The notes below the pieces were generated by a model. The model worked only from the letters and a program-made list of their open reading frames with translations. It did no database searches and had not been told where the DNA came from. A stretch of DNA of 64,000 nt from a virus (Duplodnaviria > Heunggongvirae > Uroviricota > Caudoviricetes): the IMG/VR virus record IMGVR_UViG_3300021431_002946, positions 161,291-225,290 of that record. One strand, written 5' to 3'. Shown here piece after piece: positions 30,741 through 40,924 of this stretch. Position numbers and translations under genes: made by a program. How positions within the stretch are numbered: position 1 is the first letter of the stretch; each line of letters opens with the position of its first letter.

Positions 30741-31496
30741 ATGGCAATTTATTTAGGAAATCAGACTATATCTGATTTAGAAAGACGTACTGGTTATGTC
30801 TTTTCTGATGAAGATAGAAAATGGTTAGAGTCTCATAGACAGGATGAAGCTAGTGTCAAATTTGATTCTGATAAATTTCATATATTTGACATACCATTTG
30901 AAATTCATGTAGCCGAATCAGTTAGTGAGTATTTGCTAAAATTACTTACTAAGTATGAAGAATCTAATTCAAGTAAAGAACAGCTTCAGTTTGCAGTAAT
31001 TAAAGAGACTGAAGAACTGAGAGAAAAACGACTTAAGAAAGAAAAAGAAGAAAAAGAATGGCAAAATAAACTTACAAATCCAAATTCAGTTTGGAATGTT
31101 AAATGGCATATGTTAGTTCCAGTATTAGTGAAAAATATTGAAACTGGTGCTACTAGAGAATTATTGTATTGGTGCTTTATAAATACGTATACTACTAGTA
31201 GAAACAATATTCCAGATATTATTGATGGTTTTGCTAATATTGAATTAGATGAAGAAGGATTTCATGGTAGATTTACTTTATACGATGAGTCTAATAGTGA
31301 TGCTGATGAACATATAAATGAGTGGAATTTTGTTATAGGAGTTGGCTTCTATAATGAAAGAGGAAACTATATAGGAGACATCAAAGATATAACTTTTGAA
31401 AATACTAATTTTAATCTTAAAGAAGCAATTAAACGATATAATAATATAAATAATCATTGTAAAGAGATTCATTTTGATAAGATAAAAGAAGCATAA
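30741..31496 (+). CDS. hypothetical protein
   Basis: long ORF with SD. Confidence 0.65.
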   Translation: MAIYLGNQTISDLERRTGYVFSDEDRKWLESHRQDEASVKFDSDKFHIFDIPFEIHVAESVSEYLLKLLTKYEESNSSKEQLQFAVIKETEELREKRLKKEKEEKEWQNKLTNPNSVWNVKWHMLVPVLVKNIETGATRELLYWCFINTYTTSRNNIPDIIDGFANIELDEEGFHGRFTLYDESNSDADEHINEWNFVIGVGFYNERGNYIGDIKDITFENTNFNLKEAIKRYNNINNHCKEIHFDKIKEA

Positions 31497-31740
31497 AGTT
31501 AATAATAATATAAATGTTAACATATTAAATAATACTGACTTAAAAACTAGTTATTCGATAGAAAAGGATAAGTTTATTTCTTTTTTTTTGAAAGGAACTG
31601 GCATTTGTCAGAACAATGATTTCTATAATTATAATAACCGCAAGTTATTTGTTTCATATGAAATAGACATTTCAAAAAGAATAGACTTTCCTGCTGATAT
31701 AGATAAATTTGCAGTTAAATTAAATCTTATATAAAAAGTA

Positions 31741-31769
31741 TTTACACTATCTAATAAATTAGTTATAAT
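31741..31769 (+). promoter_or_regulatory. sigmaA-type promoter
   Basis: TTTACA-N17-TATAAT. Confidence 0.55.
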
Positions 31770-31956
31770 AATATAAATATCTAATTTAAGGAGCAAAAAT
31801 GATTATAGTATATTTAATCGCAGACATAGTATCTTTATTATTAAATACTCAGAGTCCTTATTTGGTTAAGTATTCTTATTTTAATGTAGAGTCTTAAGAA
31901 TATTATATTCTGACTGATTAAAATCAAGACTTAAATAAATACGTAAAGGAATAATA

Positions 31957-32478
31957 ATGAACGGAAATTGTCATTTTATGTACGGTGCAACTGTTGGTGC
32001 AATGGTTGCAATAAATATGGGAAATATTGCTACTATATTACCTCATGTAACTAGTTCTCCAGAAACAGCAACATTATTGGTACTTGGCGGATTAGTTGGT
32101 GGAATATTTCCTGATATAGATAATCCGTCTAGTTTTATGGGACAGCTTGCAGCACCTGTTTCTACAGTTATTGGCGCAATAAATAAAAAGATGGGAAAGA
32201 TTGGTTCTAATCATAGAGGAATTTTGCATGATCCAATTACTTATATTGCTGGATTGGTATTATGTTATTTTTTCTTTCCTCCTATGATTGGTTTTTTTAT
32301 TGGATGTTTGAGTCATTTATTTTTGGACGCATTTAATCCAAAGGGAATTCCATTCTTTTTTATTAAAAAGATTAGGTTGGCAAAGATTGAAAGTGGTTCT
32401 ATGTTGAGTGTAGGATTTACTTGGGCCTGTATAATTATAGCACTTATTATTGGTTTTGTTTGCAGAATTTATATTTGA
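31957..32478 (+). CDS. YdjM-family membrane metal-dependent hydrolase
   Basis: H near N-terminus, FPDIDNPSS, HRGILH, SHLFLDAFNPKG, TM helices. Confidence 0.85.
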   Translation: MNGNCHFMYGATVGAMVAINMGNIATILPHVTSSPETATLLVLGGLVGGIFPDIDNPSSFMGQLAAPVSTVIGAINKKMGKIGSNHRGILHDPITYIAGLVLCYFFFPPMIGFFIGCLSHLFLDAFNPKGIPFFFIKKIRLAKIESGSMLSVGFTWACIIIALIIGFVCRIYI

Positions 32479-32489
32479 GACAGTAATAT

Positions 32490-32915
32490 ATGGATGATCT
32501 TAAAACTACAACTGAAAACATTATAGATAGTTTTAAAACACATAATTTTTATCTTACAGATGAAGATATAAAAAAATGTGTTGTTTTTGTAAGAACATTA
32601 CGTATTTGGGCACATGGTAAATTAAGTTTTGATAAAATATATAATATATATGTGCACAATATAGAAAATTTTGAAGAAATGTATAATGAGTATTCGCGTA
32701 ATTTTAATTTAGAAATTTTTGATTTAGAAAGAATAATAAAAGAAAAATTAAATAATGAAAATTTAATAGATGAAGTTGATGTAGTTAAATTTTGTTGTAA
32801 AATACTATTTTATGATTTATATAATGCATTTAAAGATGCTTCTAAATTAGATATTAAGCGCGTAATTACAATACTTTGTTATGAATATAATGAGATATAC
32901 CATTTTCTTTGGTGA
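32490..32915 (+). CDS. hypothetical protein
   Basis: ORF. Confidence 0.5.
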   Translation: MDDLKTTTENIIDSFKTHNFYLTDEDIKKCVVFVRTLRIWAHGKLSFDKIYNIYVHNIENFEEMYNEYSRNFNLEIFDLERIIKEKLNNENLIDEVDVVKFCCKILFYDLYNAFKDASKLDIKRVITILCYEYNEIYHFLW

Positions 32916-32925
32916 GGAGTAATTT

Positions 32926-33834
32926 ATGTATAAATTTGAAAGATTTGATACTGCAAATCGTTTTTATGCAGATGTAAAGTATAAAGATAAAGAAGAAGCC
33001 AAAGATCTTGGAGCTAAATGGGATTGGAAGATTAAGAAGTGGTATTTTGAAAATTCTAGAATGAGACATGAATGGGATATATCTCATCAAGATGAAGTAC
33101 CTGAAGATATGCAAAAATTAGACGAAATGTTATTTTATTCAGATAAACTTTATTCTATTATTATGTATCTTGATAATGATAATGTAGAGAGTCCATTTAG
33201 TAGTTATGATAAATTAGTAAATTATTTGCTGAATAAGTATGGTCCAGTACCATATGATTATTTTGATGAAAATTATAATTCAAATGGTATTTTTAATACT
33301 AGAACTGATGAAGGACTTGAAATTCATCATATAGATGAAAATCAATATTTATTTTTAAGTAGTCCTGAAAAATGTAAAGAAAGAAATGTACCTTTTGAAT
33401 GTCAGAAAGCAAATAGATTAGTTTATTGCGATAAAATTGAACATTTATTATTGCATATTAGAATTGCAGAAGATTATCATCAGAATGAATTGTTTAGATA
33501 TTATCAGTACGGAGTGAAGACTCTTATTTCAAAGATAAATGATTATTATGAATATGAGACACTTCCTGAAGATTGGACTGCAAATATGATAATAAATATT
33601 CAAGATGAATTTGAAGATTATATTTGTTTATTGATTAGTTTAATGTTTAGATTTATATCTTTAGGTTTTAAAGCTGATTTTATTAAATCTATACTTTTTA
33701 GTAGTAGGTCTAATCAGTTTTGTAGTAAAGTAGTAAATAAATTTACAGAAGTAACTAATTTTTTAAATGAATATCCAATATCTGATGAAGATATAATTAT
33801 ACAAGATATATTCAAAAATAACCTATCAAAATAA
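32926..33834 (+). CDS. DUF5710-like N-terminus plus HNH-like nuclease domain
   Basis: KDKEEAKDLGAKWDWKIKKWY; EIHHIDE...LVYC..IEHLLLH. Confidence 0.65.
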   Translation: MYKFERFDTANRFYADVKYKDKEEAKDLGAKWDWKIKKWYFENSRMRHEWDISHQDEVPEDMQKLDEMLFYSDKLYSIIMYLDNDNVESPFSSYDKLVNYLLNKYGPVPYDYFDENYNSNGIFNTRTDEGLEIHHIDENQYLFLSSPEKCKERNVPFECQKANRLVYCDKIEHLLLHIRIAEDYHQNELFRYYQYGVKTLISKINDYYEYETLPEDWTANMIINIQDEFEDYICLLISLMFRFISLGFKADFIKSILFSSRSNQFCSKVVNKFTEVTNFLNEYPISDEDIIIQDIFKNNLSK

Positions 33835-33904
33835 AAGGCTATTTAAATATAATATATAGTGGATGTGAATAATGGCTTATCTGGTAACGGGTAAGCTATT
33901 TTTT
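33833..33904 (+). promoter_or_regulatory. motif-plus-hairpin cassette D
   Basis: aaaaggctatttaaatataatatatagtgga then aatggcttatct/gggtaagctattttt. Confidence 0.65.
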
Positions 33905-33946
33905 ATTAAAATGCATAATACATACTATTGAAAGGAATATTGAAAA

Positions 33947-34198
33947 ATGAAAATTAAAATGAATAGACCTGCGGAGAAACCAGAAAAGAAACCTGATCCA
34001 GTTATTGATGAAGTACAGGCTTTTGTAATGGATGCTGATAGGTTAGAACGAGTAAGACAGCGAGAACTTGCTAAGAAAAATAAGACGCCTGAACAAATTA
34101 AAAAAGAAAAGTTAGAAGATGAACAGAATGCTGACTTAGATAAAGTTGTTGAAGGTAAAATGACGAAGGAAGAATTTAAGAAAAAATGGAAGCTGTGA
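33947..34198 (+). CDS. small charged protein
   Basis: ORF with SD; precedes 34213 as 17199 precedes 17390. Confidence 0.6.
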   Translation: MKIKMNRPAEKPEKKPDPVIDEVQAFVMDADRLERVRQRELAKKNKTPEQIKKEKLEDEQNADLDKVVEGKMTKEEFKKKWKL

Positions 34199-34212
34199 AG
34201 GAGATTTGAAAA

Positions 34213-35208
34213 ATGCTTAGAAGCAACAATTTAGACAAAGTTATTTTAACAAGAGTAATGTGTGGTGATACTAATAATGATACAGTTTATAACATATACG
34301 CAAAAGATCCAGAATTAGCTAACTGGAAGCTTCAAAAATTAGTAGATAATTTTGATAGATATGTTAGTGAACCAATTGATGCAATATTTGATGGAACTGT
34401 CGATACTAAAGATTTTTGGAATATGCTTGCAGTTCTTACATTCTGGGATTCAATTCAAGCTGCAAGAAAAGAGTATATAATGAGTGCAAATGACTTATTT
34501 TTTGCATTATTAGTAAATCATACTGCTACTCGAGATGGTAAAACTCAAAAGATTAGATCTTATAGTGCATTATATGCAGCAAAACAAAGTGCTCAGGATA
34601 ATGGTACAGATTTAGATTATAGAGATTTTATTGTTAAAGACGAAACATTTGCTAATGAATATATTAAAGTATCTGTAAAGCCTTTTGGTTATAATGTTGA
34701 ATTTGATATTGAAGTTCCTATTAAACATGTTGGTTTAAAGAAGCTTGGAATTATTAAACTTTGTACAGATAATGTACCTGCAAGATTAACATTTAAAGAA
34801 GATAATAATAGAAGTACATATACTATTCCTGCATTTATTTGGATGAATATGATGAAGAAAGGTGTTTCTAAGTTTAATAGAGTTAGATTTACAAAATATG
34901 AAACAAAGAAAGTTTCTGATTTACTTGATTCAGATCCTCATTTTATAAGTGATATTCTTGACGCAAATGATTTTAGCACATTATTAAAGATTGAAAGAGA
35001 AGGATCTTTTGGTGTTGATTACGATCAAGAAGATGGAAGACTTATTTTACAACAAATTAAAGAACTTCCTTCATTAGATAATAGACAATCTGAAGCAGCT
35101 GGTCTTGCTTGGAGACAAATAGGTCAAAGAGATTATAAACTTGAATGTCCTGATTTCTATTTAGTAAATGCAAAGAAAGATGCGTTTAATATTATAGCTG
35201 CAAACTAA
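34213..35208 (+). CDS. hypothetical protein, paralog of 17390
   Basis: shared NDLFF, KI.SY.AL, RVRFT motifs. Confidence 0.7.
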   Translation: MLRSNNLDKVILTRVMCGDTNNDTVYNIYAKDPELANWKLQKLVDNFDRYVSEPIDAIFDGTVDTKDFWNMLAVLTFWDSIQAARKEYIMSANDLFFALLVNHTATRDGKTQKIRSYSALYAAKQSAQDNGTDLDYRDFIVKDETFANEYIKVSVKPFGYNVEFDIEVPIKHVGLKKLGIIKLCTDNVPARLTFKEDNNRSTYTIPAFIWMNMMKKGVSKFNRVRFTKYETKKVSDLLDSDPHFISDILDANDFSTLLKIEREGSFGVDYDQEDGRLILQQIKELPSLDNRQSEAAGLAWRQIGQRDYKLECPDFYLVNAKKDAFNIIAAN

Positions 35209-35221
35209 AGGAGAACATAAA

Positions 35222-35629
35222 ATGAGAAGAGTAGAAGAAATTTTTCCATGGTTTTATGAACAATTAGCAGTAACTAAGGATTCATTAAATTATTATAAAT
35301 CTCCTAGTTTACAACATTTACCTGATACTGGTGCAATGATAAATTATTGTGTATATAGAATAGATTGTTTAGAAAAACTTTGTTCAGTATTACAAAATTA
35401 TCAAAAATTTGATAATGAAGGTCTATCAGGTAATATTGATTTAACAGTGTTAAATGAATTAAAATCTTTTTGTATAAAAGAAAAAGAAAGATATACAGAT
35501 GCTGTATATGATAATATACAAATAAAAGAAAAATTTTATAAAGCATTTCAAGATGGAGATGCAATGATATATTTTCAAGAAGCTGAATTATATATTATTA
35601 AATTAATTTCAGATGTTTCAAATGCTTAA
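35222..35629 (+). CDS. hypothetical protein
   Basis: ORF with SD. Confidence 0.55.
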   Translation: MRRVEEIFPWFYEQLAVTKDSLNYYKSPSLQHLPDTGAMINYCVYRIDCLEKLCSVLQNYQKFDNEGLSGNIDLTVLNELKSFCIKEKERYTDAVYDNIQIKEKFYKAFQDGDAMIYFQEAELYIIKLISDVSNA

Positions 35630-35668
35630 TTTTAAAAACTATAAATATTAATAAAAAGGAGAAAAAGT

Positions 35669-36634
35669 ATGTCAAATATAAAAACAAAAATATTTACTTG
35701 TTTATTATCTGCTATAATGGCAGTTGTGTCTATGCCAGTAGTAACAGCTTATGCTGCAGAATTAGATAATTCTAATATTAAAATTGAAAATGCAACAGTT
35801 ACTGCATTAGGTAGATGTGGTAAAAATCTTAATTGGAAAATTGAAGGAAATAAACTTATAATTTCAGGTAAAGGTGCAATGTATGATTATTCTTATGAAA
35901 ATGCGCCTTGGGATAAATATGATAAAAATATTTTACATATTGTAATTCAAAATGGTATTACATCTATTGGTACTTATGCATTTGCTGGTTTAGGTGGATA
36001 TGTAGGTATAGATGTTACATTTTCTAAAGTAACAACATTAAAAACAATTAGAGCTCATGCATTCCAAAGTAGTTTAATACAAAGTTCAACATTGGTTATT
36101 CCTAATGGAGTTACTGCTATTGGAAGTTATGCATTTGAAGGAGATTGTATACCAACTCTTAAATTACCTACATCATTAAAAACAATTGGCGCACATGCAT
36201 TTGAGAATGTATATTGGTTAAAATCTGTAAATATTCCTAAGAATGTTACTTCTATTGGAGATTATGCTTTTGCTGATATAAAATATTGGGATGATGATTC
36301 TATTTTTAGTTCAGCTGGATTAACAAGAGTTATTGGTGGTGCTGGTCTTAATACTATTGGTAAATGCGCTTTTAAAGGTTGTGATAGATTAACTGCATTT
36401 AAGATTACTTCAAAGAAATTAAGTAAAATTGGTTCTAGTACATTTAGTGGATGTAAAAAATTAACTACTTTAAATCTTCCTAATACAATTAAATTAACTA
36501 AAGCTGGAGTTAAAGGTTCATTAAAAGGATCTTCAATAAAGACAGTTAAAGCTAAATATTTCAAAGTAAAATATTATAGAAAATATTTTAGTAAATCAAA
36601 TTCTGGTAGAAAAGTAATGGTTAAGAAAGCATAA
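35669..36634 (+). CDS. secreted BspA-like leucine-rich repeat (LRR_5) protein
   Basis: signal peptide ending AYA; IP.GVT.IG.YAF repeats. Confidence 0.85.
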   Translation: MSNIKTKIFTCLLSAIMAVVSMPVVTAYAAELDNSNIKIENATVTALGRCGKNLNWKIEGNKLIISGKGAMYDYSYENAPWDKYDKNILHIVIQNGITSIGTYAFAGLGGYVGIDVTFSKVTTLKTIRAHAFQSSLIQSSTLVIPNGVTAIGSYAFEGDCIPTLKLPTSLKTIGAHAFENVYWLKSVNIPKNVTSIGDYAFADIKYWDDDSIFSSAGLTRVIGGAGLNTIGKCAFKGCDRLTAFKITSKKLSKIGSSTFSGCKKLTTLNLPNTIKLTKAGVKGSLKGSSIKTVKAKYFKVKYYRKYFSKSNSGRKVMVKKA

Positions 36635-36654
36635 AATTGTTACAAAAAGTTTAC

Positions 36655-36683
36655 AAAAGAGGTCTTGAAAAAGGCCTCTTTTT
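36655..36683 (+). terminator. intrinsic terminator
   Basis: aaaagaggtctt/aaggcctctttt. Confidence 0.7.
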
Positions 36684-36689
36684 CTTTTT

Positions 36690-36712
36690 AAAGAGCTATT
36701 TAATTTATATAG
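36690..36712 (+). promoter_or_regulatory. cassette motif without downstream hairpin
   Basis: aaagagctatttaatttatatag. Confidence 0.45.
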
Positions 36713-36752
36713 TTTTAGTTTATAAATTTATAATGTGAGGAGGGTAATAATT

Positions 36753-37127
36753 GTGTTGTCAAAAGAATTATTAAATAGCATGGTTGATTTTGAATTTTGT
36801 TGTGGCAATTATTGTCGAGGCTATAAATATCTTAAAATTAAAGTAGAAAATGATAAAATTATTAAAACGAATTTTACAAAATCAAAAAAGAATCCTGAAA
36901 TTGAACAATTGATGACTAAAGAAGAATTTGAAAAATTTAAAGACGAATTATATAAATATATCAAAAATTGGACAGATTTATATTATGATGATGAAGCATT
37001 AGATGGAGAACAATGGTCGGTTGATATAATTTGTATGGACGGATTATTGCATTATTATGGAAGTAATGATTATCCAATAAACTGGAAATCATTTTTAAAA
37101 TTTATGAAAAAGATGGAAGGAAATTAA
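36753..37127 (+). CDS. hypothetical protein
   Basis: W...Y....LDGEQWSV...YYGSNDYP.NW; GTG start after GAGGAGG. Confidence 0.6.
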   Translation: MLSKELLNSMVDFEFCCGNYCRGYKYLKIKVENDKIIKTNFTKSKKNPEIEQLMTKEEFEKFKDELYKYIKNWTDLYYDDEALDGEQWSVDIICMDGLLHYYGSNDYPINWKSFLKFMKKMEGN

Positions 37128-37161
37128 AAAATACTATAAAATTGTAGAGGAGAGATGATAT

Positions 37162-39432
37162 ATGAACATGCAAGATAAATATAGTATCTTGTTTATATTT
37201 TTATTATTAATACAAATTACATGTTCAATATTATCTTTTAGATCTAAGAAAAATATAGGTAAATATACTGGATGGTTAAATATTTCAATTATGTTACCAA
37301 TTATTGGTAATTTAATTATATTAAGAGCAAGTAATGAGGCTTCAGCAACAGTTGGATATTATATGTCATATATTGGAATGACATTAATTTTAATTGCATT
37401 AGCGTATTTTACTGTAATATATTGTAAAGGTGTTGAACCAGAAAGAAAACATAATAAATTTTATTTAATTTATATTATTGGAATATTTGATATATTTCAA
37501 TTAGTTTTAGGTATATTTATACATCATATTTTTTCAGTGCAAAAGGTAATATTAGACAACAAAGAGATATTCTATATGGATATGTCTTCTTTTGGTTTAA
37601 TTTTACATAGAGCATTAACATATATTATGTATGGATGTATTCTTATTACTTATATTGTATGTAGTGTAAAAGCTGCAAAATTATATAAAGAAAAATATTT
37701 AACTATTTTGTCAATTTTAATACTAGCTGGAATAGCACAAGGAATATTTATCTATTCAAAAATTCCAATTGATAGATCAATTATAGTACATAGTTTATTT
37801 GGTGTTATTGTATTTTATTTATCTATTTTATATCAGCCTTTAAAATTACTTGATACGTTATTATCATCAATTATTTCAGATATGGATGATTCAGTTTTTA
37901 TATTTGATAATACAGATAAATGTATATATGTAAATGAAAATGGTTATGCTTTATTAGGAATTAAACATAATTTAAAAGCAGTTAAACAAGCATTTATAGA
38001 CACATTTGGTGCTATTGCAGATAAAAGTGATAAATGGACTTCAGTTGTAAATACTCCAGATAAACATTTTATTATAGAAAAAAGAGCTGTAAAAACAAAT
38101 AATAAATTATTAGATGGTTATTATGTTGTAATAAAAGATGATACTGAAAGATTCAAAACAGTTGAAAAAGAAAGATATGATGCTACGCATGATGAATTAA
38201 CTGGATTATATAATATGGCATATCTTTATAACTATATTGAAAATGCACTTAATACTACAAGTGATAATTATAGCATTATTTATATAAATATTAAAAACTT
38301 TAAAGTTGTAAATGATATATTTGGTAGACGTTTTGGAGATATGGTCTTAAAACAATTTGGTCAATGGTTACAAGAAAAATTTAAAAATATTGCAACTACT
38401 GGTAGACTTGTTGGAGATACTTTTGGTATTTTTATAAAACAATCAAATTATAATGAAGCTGCATTCTTAAATGAATTAGCAGATTTTTCAATTGAAGGCA
38501 AAAATATTAAGCATAGAATTTCAGTACATATTGGTGTATATGAAATTACAGATAAGTTTGTTGATATTGCAACTATGTTTGATAGAGCTCACTTAGCAGT
38601 TTCTTCAATTAATAGTAATTATAAAACAGATATTAAACATTACGATGATAATTTAAGAAATGATGTAGTAAAAGAACAAAAATATACAAATGAAATATAT
38701 GAAGCTATTACTAAAAATGAGATTCAGCCATTCTATCAACCTATTGTAGATAATAATTATACAATAGTTGGAGCTGAAGCATTAGTAAGATGGGTACATC
38801 CTGAATATGGTTTACTTAATCCGAGTGACTTTGTAACTATATTCGAAAAGAATGGTCTTATTGCAGATATTGATAAGTATATTTGGAAATGCGCTTGTGA
38901 AACATTATATAAATGGAAAGATACAAATTTTAAATATTTATTCTTATCAATTAACATTTCTCCTATTGACTTTTATTTTATTGATGTATTAAGTGAATTA
39001 AAGGGTTTAATAAATCAATATAATTTGGATCCTAGAAAACTTAGAATCGAAATTACAGAATCAACGATGATGTCTAATGTTGAAGAAAAAATGGTAATTC
39101 TTAAAGAATTAAAAGCAATAGGATTTATTGTTGAAATGGATGACTTTGGCTCAGGATATTCTTCACTTAATCTTTTAAAGGATATGCCTGTAGATGTACT
39201 TAAAATTGACATGCAATTCTTGTCAAAAGATAGTAAACGTGCTAATATTATTATTAAAAATATAGTCAGATTAGCTAGAGATTTACAAATTACACCTTTA
39301 ATTGAAGGTGTAGAAACTGAAGATCAATATGATATGTTAAAAGGTTTTGGATGTCAATTATTCCAAGGTTATTTCTTCAATAAACCATTAAGTACATATG
39401 ATTTTGAAGATTTTTGTTTAAAAATTAGTTAA
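37162..39432 (+). CDS. membrane sensor (about 7 TM)-PAS-degenerate GGDEF-EAL c-di-GMP phosphodiesterase
   Basis: DELTGLYN, VGDTF, GAEALVRW, DDFGSGYSSL, EGVET, QGY. Confidence 0.9.
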   Translation: MNMQDKYSILFIFLLLIQITCSILSFRSKKNIGKYTGWLNISIMLPIIGNLIILRASNEASATVGYYMSYIGMTLILIALAYFTVIYCKGVEPERKHNKFYLIYIIGIFDIFQLVLGIFIHHIFSVQKVILDNKEIFYMDMSSFGLILHRALTYIMYGCILITYIVCSVKAAKLYKEKYLTILSILILAGIAQGIFIYSKIPIDRSIIVHSLFGVIVFYLSILYQPLKLLDTLLSSIISDMDDSVFIFDNTDKCIYVNENGYALLGIKHNLKAVKQAFIDTFGAIADKSDKWTSVVNTPDKHFIIEKRAVKTNNKLLDGYYVVIKDDTERFKTVEKERYDATHDELTGLYNMAYLYNYIENALNTTSDNYSIIYINIKNFKVVNDIFGRRFGDMVLKQFGQWLQEKFKNIATTGRLVGDTFGIFIKQSNYNEAAFLNELADFSIEGKNIKHRISVHIGVYEITDKFVDIATMFDRAHLAVSSINSNYKTDIKHYDDNLRNDVVKEQKYTNEIYEAITKNEIQPFYQPIVDNNYTIVGAEALVRWVHPEYGLLNPSDFVTIFEKNGLIADIDKYIWKCACETLYKWKDTNFKYLFLSINISPIDFYFIDVLSELKGLINQYNLDPRKLRIEITESTMMSNVEEKMVILKELKAIGFIVEMDDFGSGYSSLNLLKDMPVDVLKIDMQFLSKDSKRANIIIKNIVRLARDLQITPLIEGVETEDQYDMLKGFGCQLFQGYFFNKPLSTYDFEDFCLKIS

Positions 39433-39477
39433 CTTTTGAAAAAATTTATTTATAATATTAAAATAAGGAGGTAAATT

Positions 39478-40911
39478 ATGAAAAGCATAAAACGTAAGCT
39501 ATATGTTTTTGTAATTAGTATAGTTTTGGCTATTTCTATTGGTGCAATTGTCTCATCATATATGACAAATGCTAGACAAATAGATAGACTTTATAAAAAT
39601 ATTACTTCTGAAAATGCTACTAATTTTGCCTCTACACTTGATGGTGATTATTTAGGAAAATTAAGAGTATTACTTGAATCCGATGAATATCAAGCAATAC
39701 ATACAAAAGCAACTAAAGAAAAAAATGAACAATTAATTCAAGATTATCTTGAATCAAAAGGTATGTGGGAAGAATATTGTAATATTCGTAATGCATTAAC
39801 TAAATATATTAATAATATGGATGAAGTCAAATATGTATATATTGTAGCACATGGTGATGAAAATGCTGTACAAGATATGTATATGATTGATGATTCTAAA
39901 CAAACATTATATGAGGCAGCTGGTCGATGGGAAGATAGAGAAGATGTATATTTAGGTAAAGATCTTACAAAAATTGATCCAGATATTTCATATAGTGATA
40001 CTTGGGGTTGGTTAGTTTCTGACTTTGCGCCTGTTTATGATAGTAATGGAAATTGCGTTTGTATAGTTGGTTGTGATGTAGATTATTCTAATATTGCAAA
40101 TGCGAAAATTCGTTCATTAATTATTAATGTAGTTGTAGTAGTTACTACAACAATTATTGTAATTATTGTTGGTTTATTTATTATTTCAAAAAATCTTATT
40201 AAACCACTTAAAGAAATTGCAGATGCAATTAAATTATTTAATCCAGCTGGATTAAATTCTATTGATGCAAATGTTATAAGTCTCAATATGGATCGTGATG
40301 ATGAAATTGGTGAGATTTATAATAATATTAGAGCAAATCAATTAAAAATTGTTGACTATTTAAAGGATATTAATGAAATGTCTAGTAGTATTTCTCAAAA
40401 AGATAGCCAGATTAACCATTTAAATATTGTTTCTTATAAAGATGCATTAACTCATGTAGGAAATAAAGCAGCGTATATGCAAAAGATGCTAGATTTAAAT
40501 AATAATCCACATGATTATGCAATTGTTATGATAGATATTAATGATCTTAAAGCAATGAATGATAAGTTTGGTCATAAAGCTGGAGATTATTATTTACAAG
40601 GTTGTTGTCAATTAATTTGTAAAGTTTTTAAACATTCACCAGTTTATAGAATTGGTGGTGACGAATTTGTAATAATTGTTGAAAATCAAGATTATATAGA
40701 TAGACAACAAAAATTTGAAGAGCTTGAAAAAGCATTTGAAGTTTCTTATAATAAAGAGTCTGATATACCTTGGGAAAAATTATCTGCATCTTGTGGTATG
40801 GCTGAGCTTTCATCTGATGATAATACTGCAGAACTTGTCTTTAAGCGTGCTGATAAACATATGTACGAGAATAAGACTAAGTTTAAAATGCAACATGGAA
40901 GTTATAGATAA
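39478..40911 (+). CDS. membrane diguanylate cyclase (2 TM, HAMP-like, GGDEF)
   Basis: DALTHVGN, DINDLK.MND.FGH..GD, RIGGDEF. Confidence 0.9.
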   Translation: MKSIKRKLYVFVISIVLAISIGAIVSSYMTNARQIDRLYKNITSENATNFASTLDGDYLGKLRVLLESDEYQAIHTKATKEKNEQLIQDYLESKGMWEEYCNIRNALTKYINNMDEVKYVYIVAHGDENAVQDMYMIDDSKQTLYEAAGRWEDREDVYLGKDLTKIDPDISYSDTWGWLVSDFAPVYDSNGNCVCIVGCDVDYSNIANAKIRSLIINVVVVVTTTIIVIIVGLFIISKNLIKPLKEIADAIKLFNPAGLNSIDANVISLNMDRDDEIGEIYNNIRANQLKIVDYLKDINEMSSSISQKDSQINHLNIVSYKDALTHVGNKAAYMQKMLDLNNNPHDYAIVMIDINDLKAMNDKFGHKAGDYYLQGCCQLICKVFKHSPVYRIGGDEFVIIVENQDYIDRQQKFEELEKAFEVSYNKESDIPWEKLSASCGMAELSSDDNTAELVFKRADKHMYENKTKFKMQHGSYR

Positions 40912-40924
40912 GGAGGTATAATAT

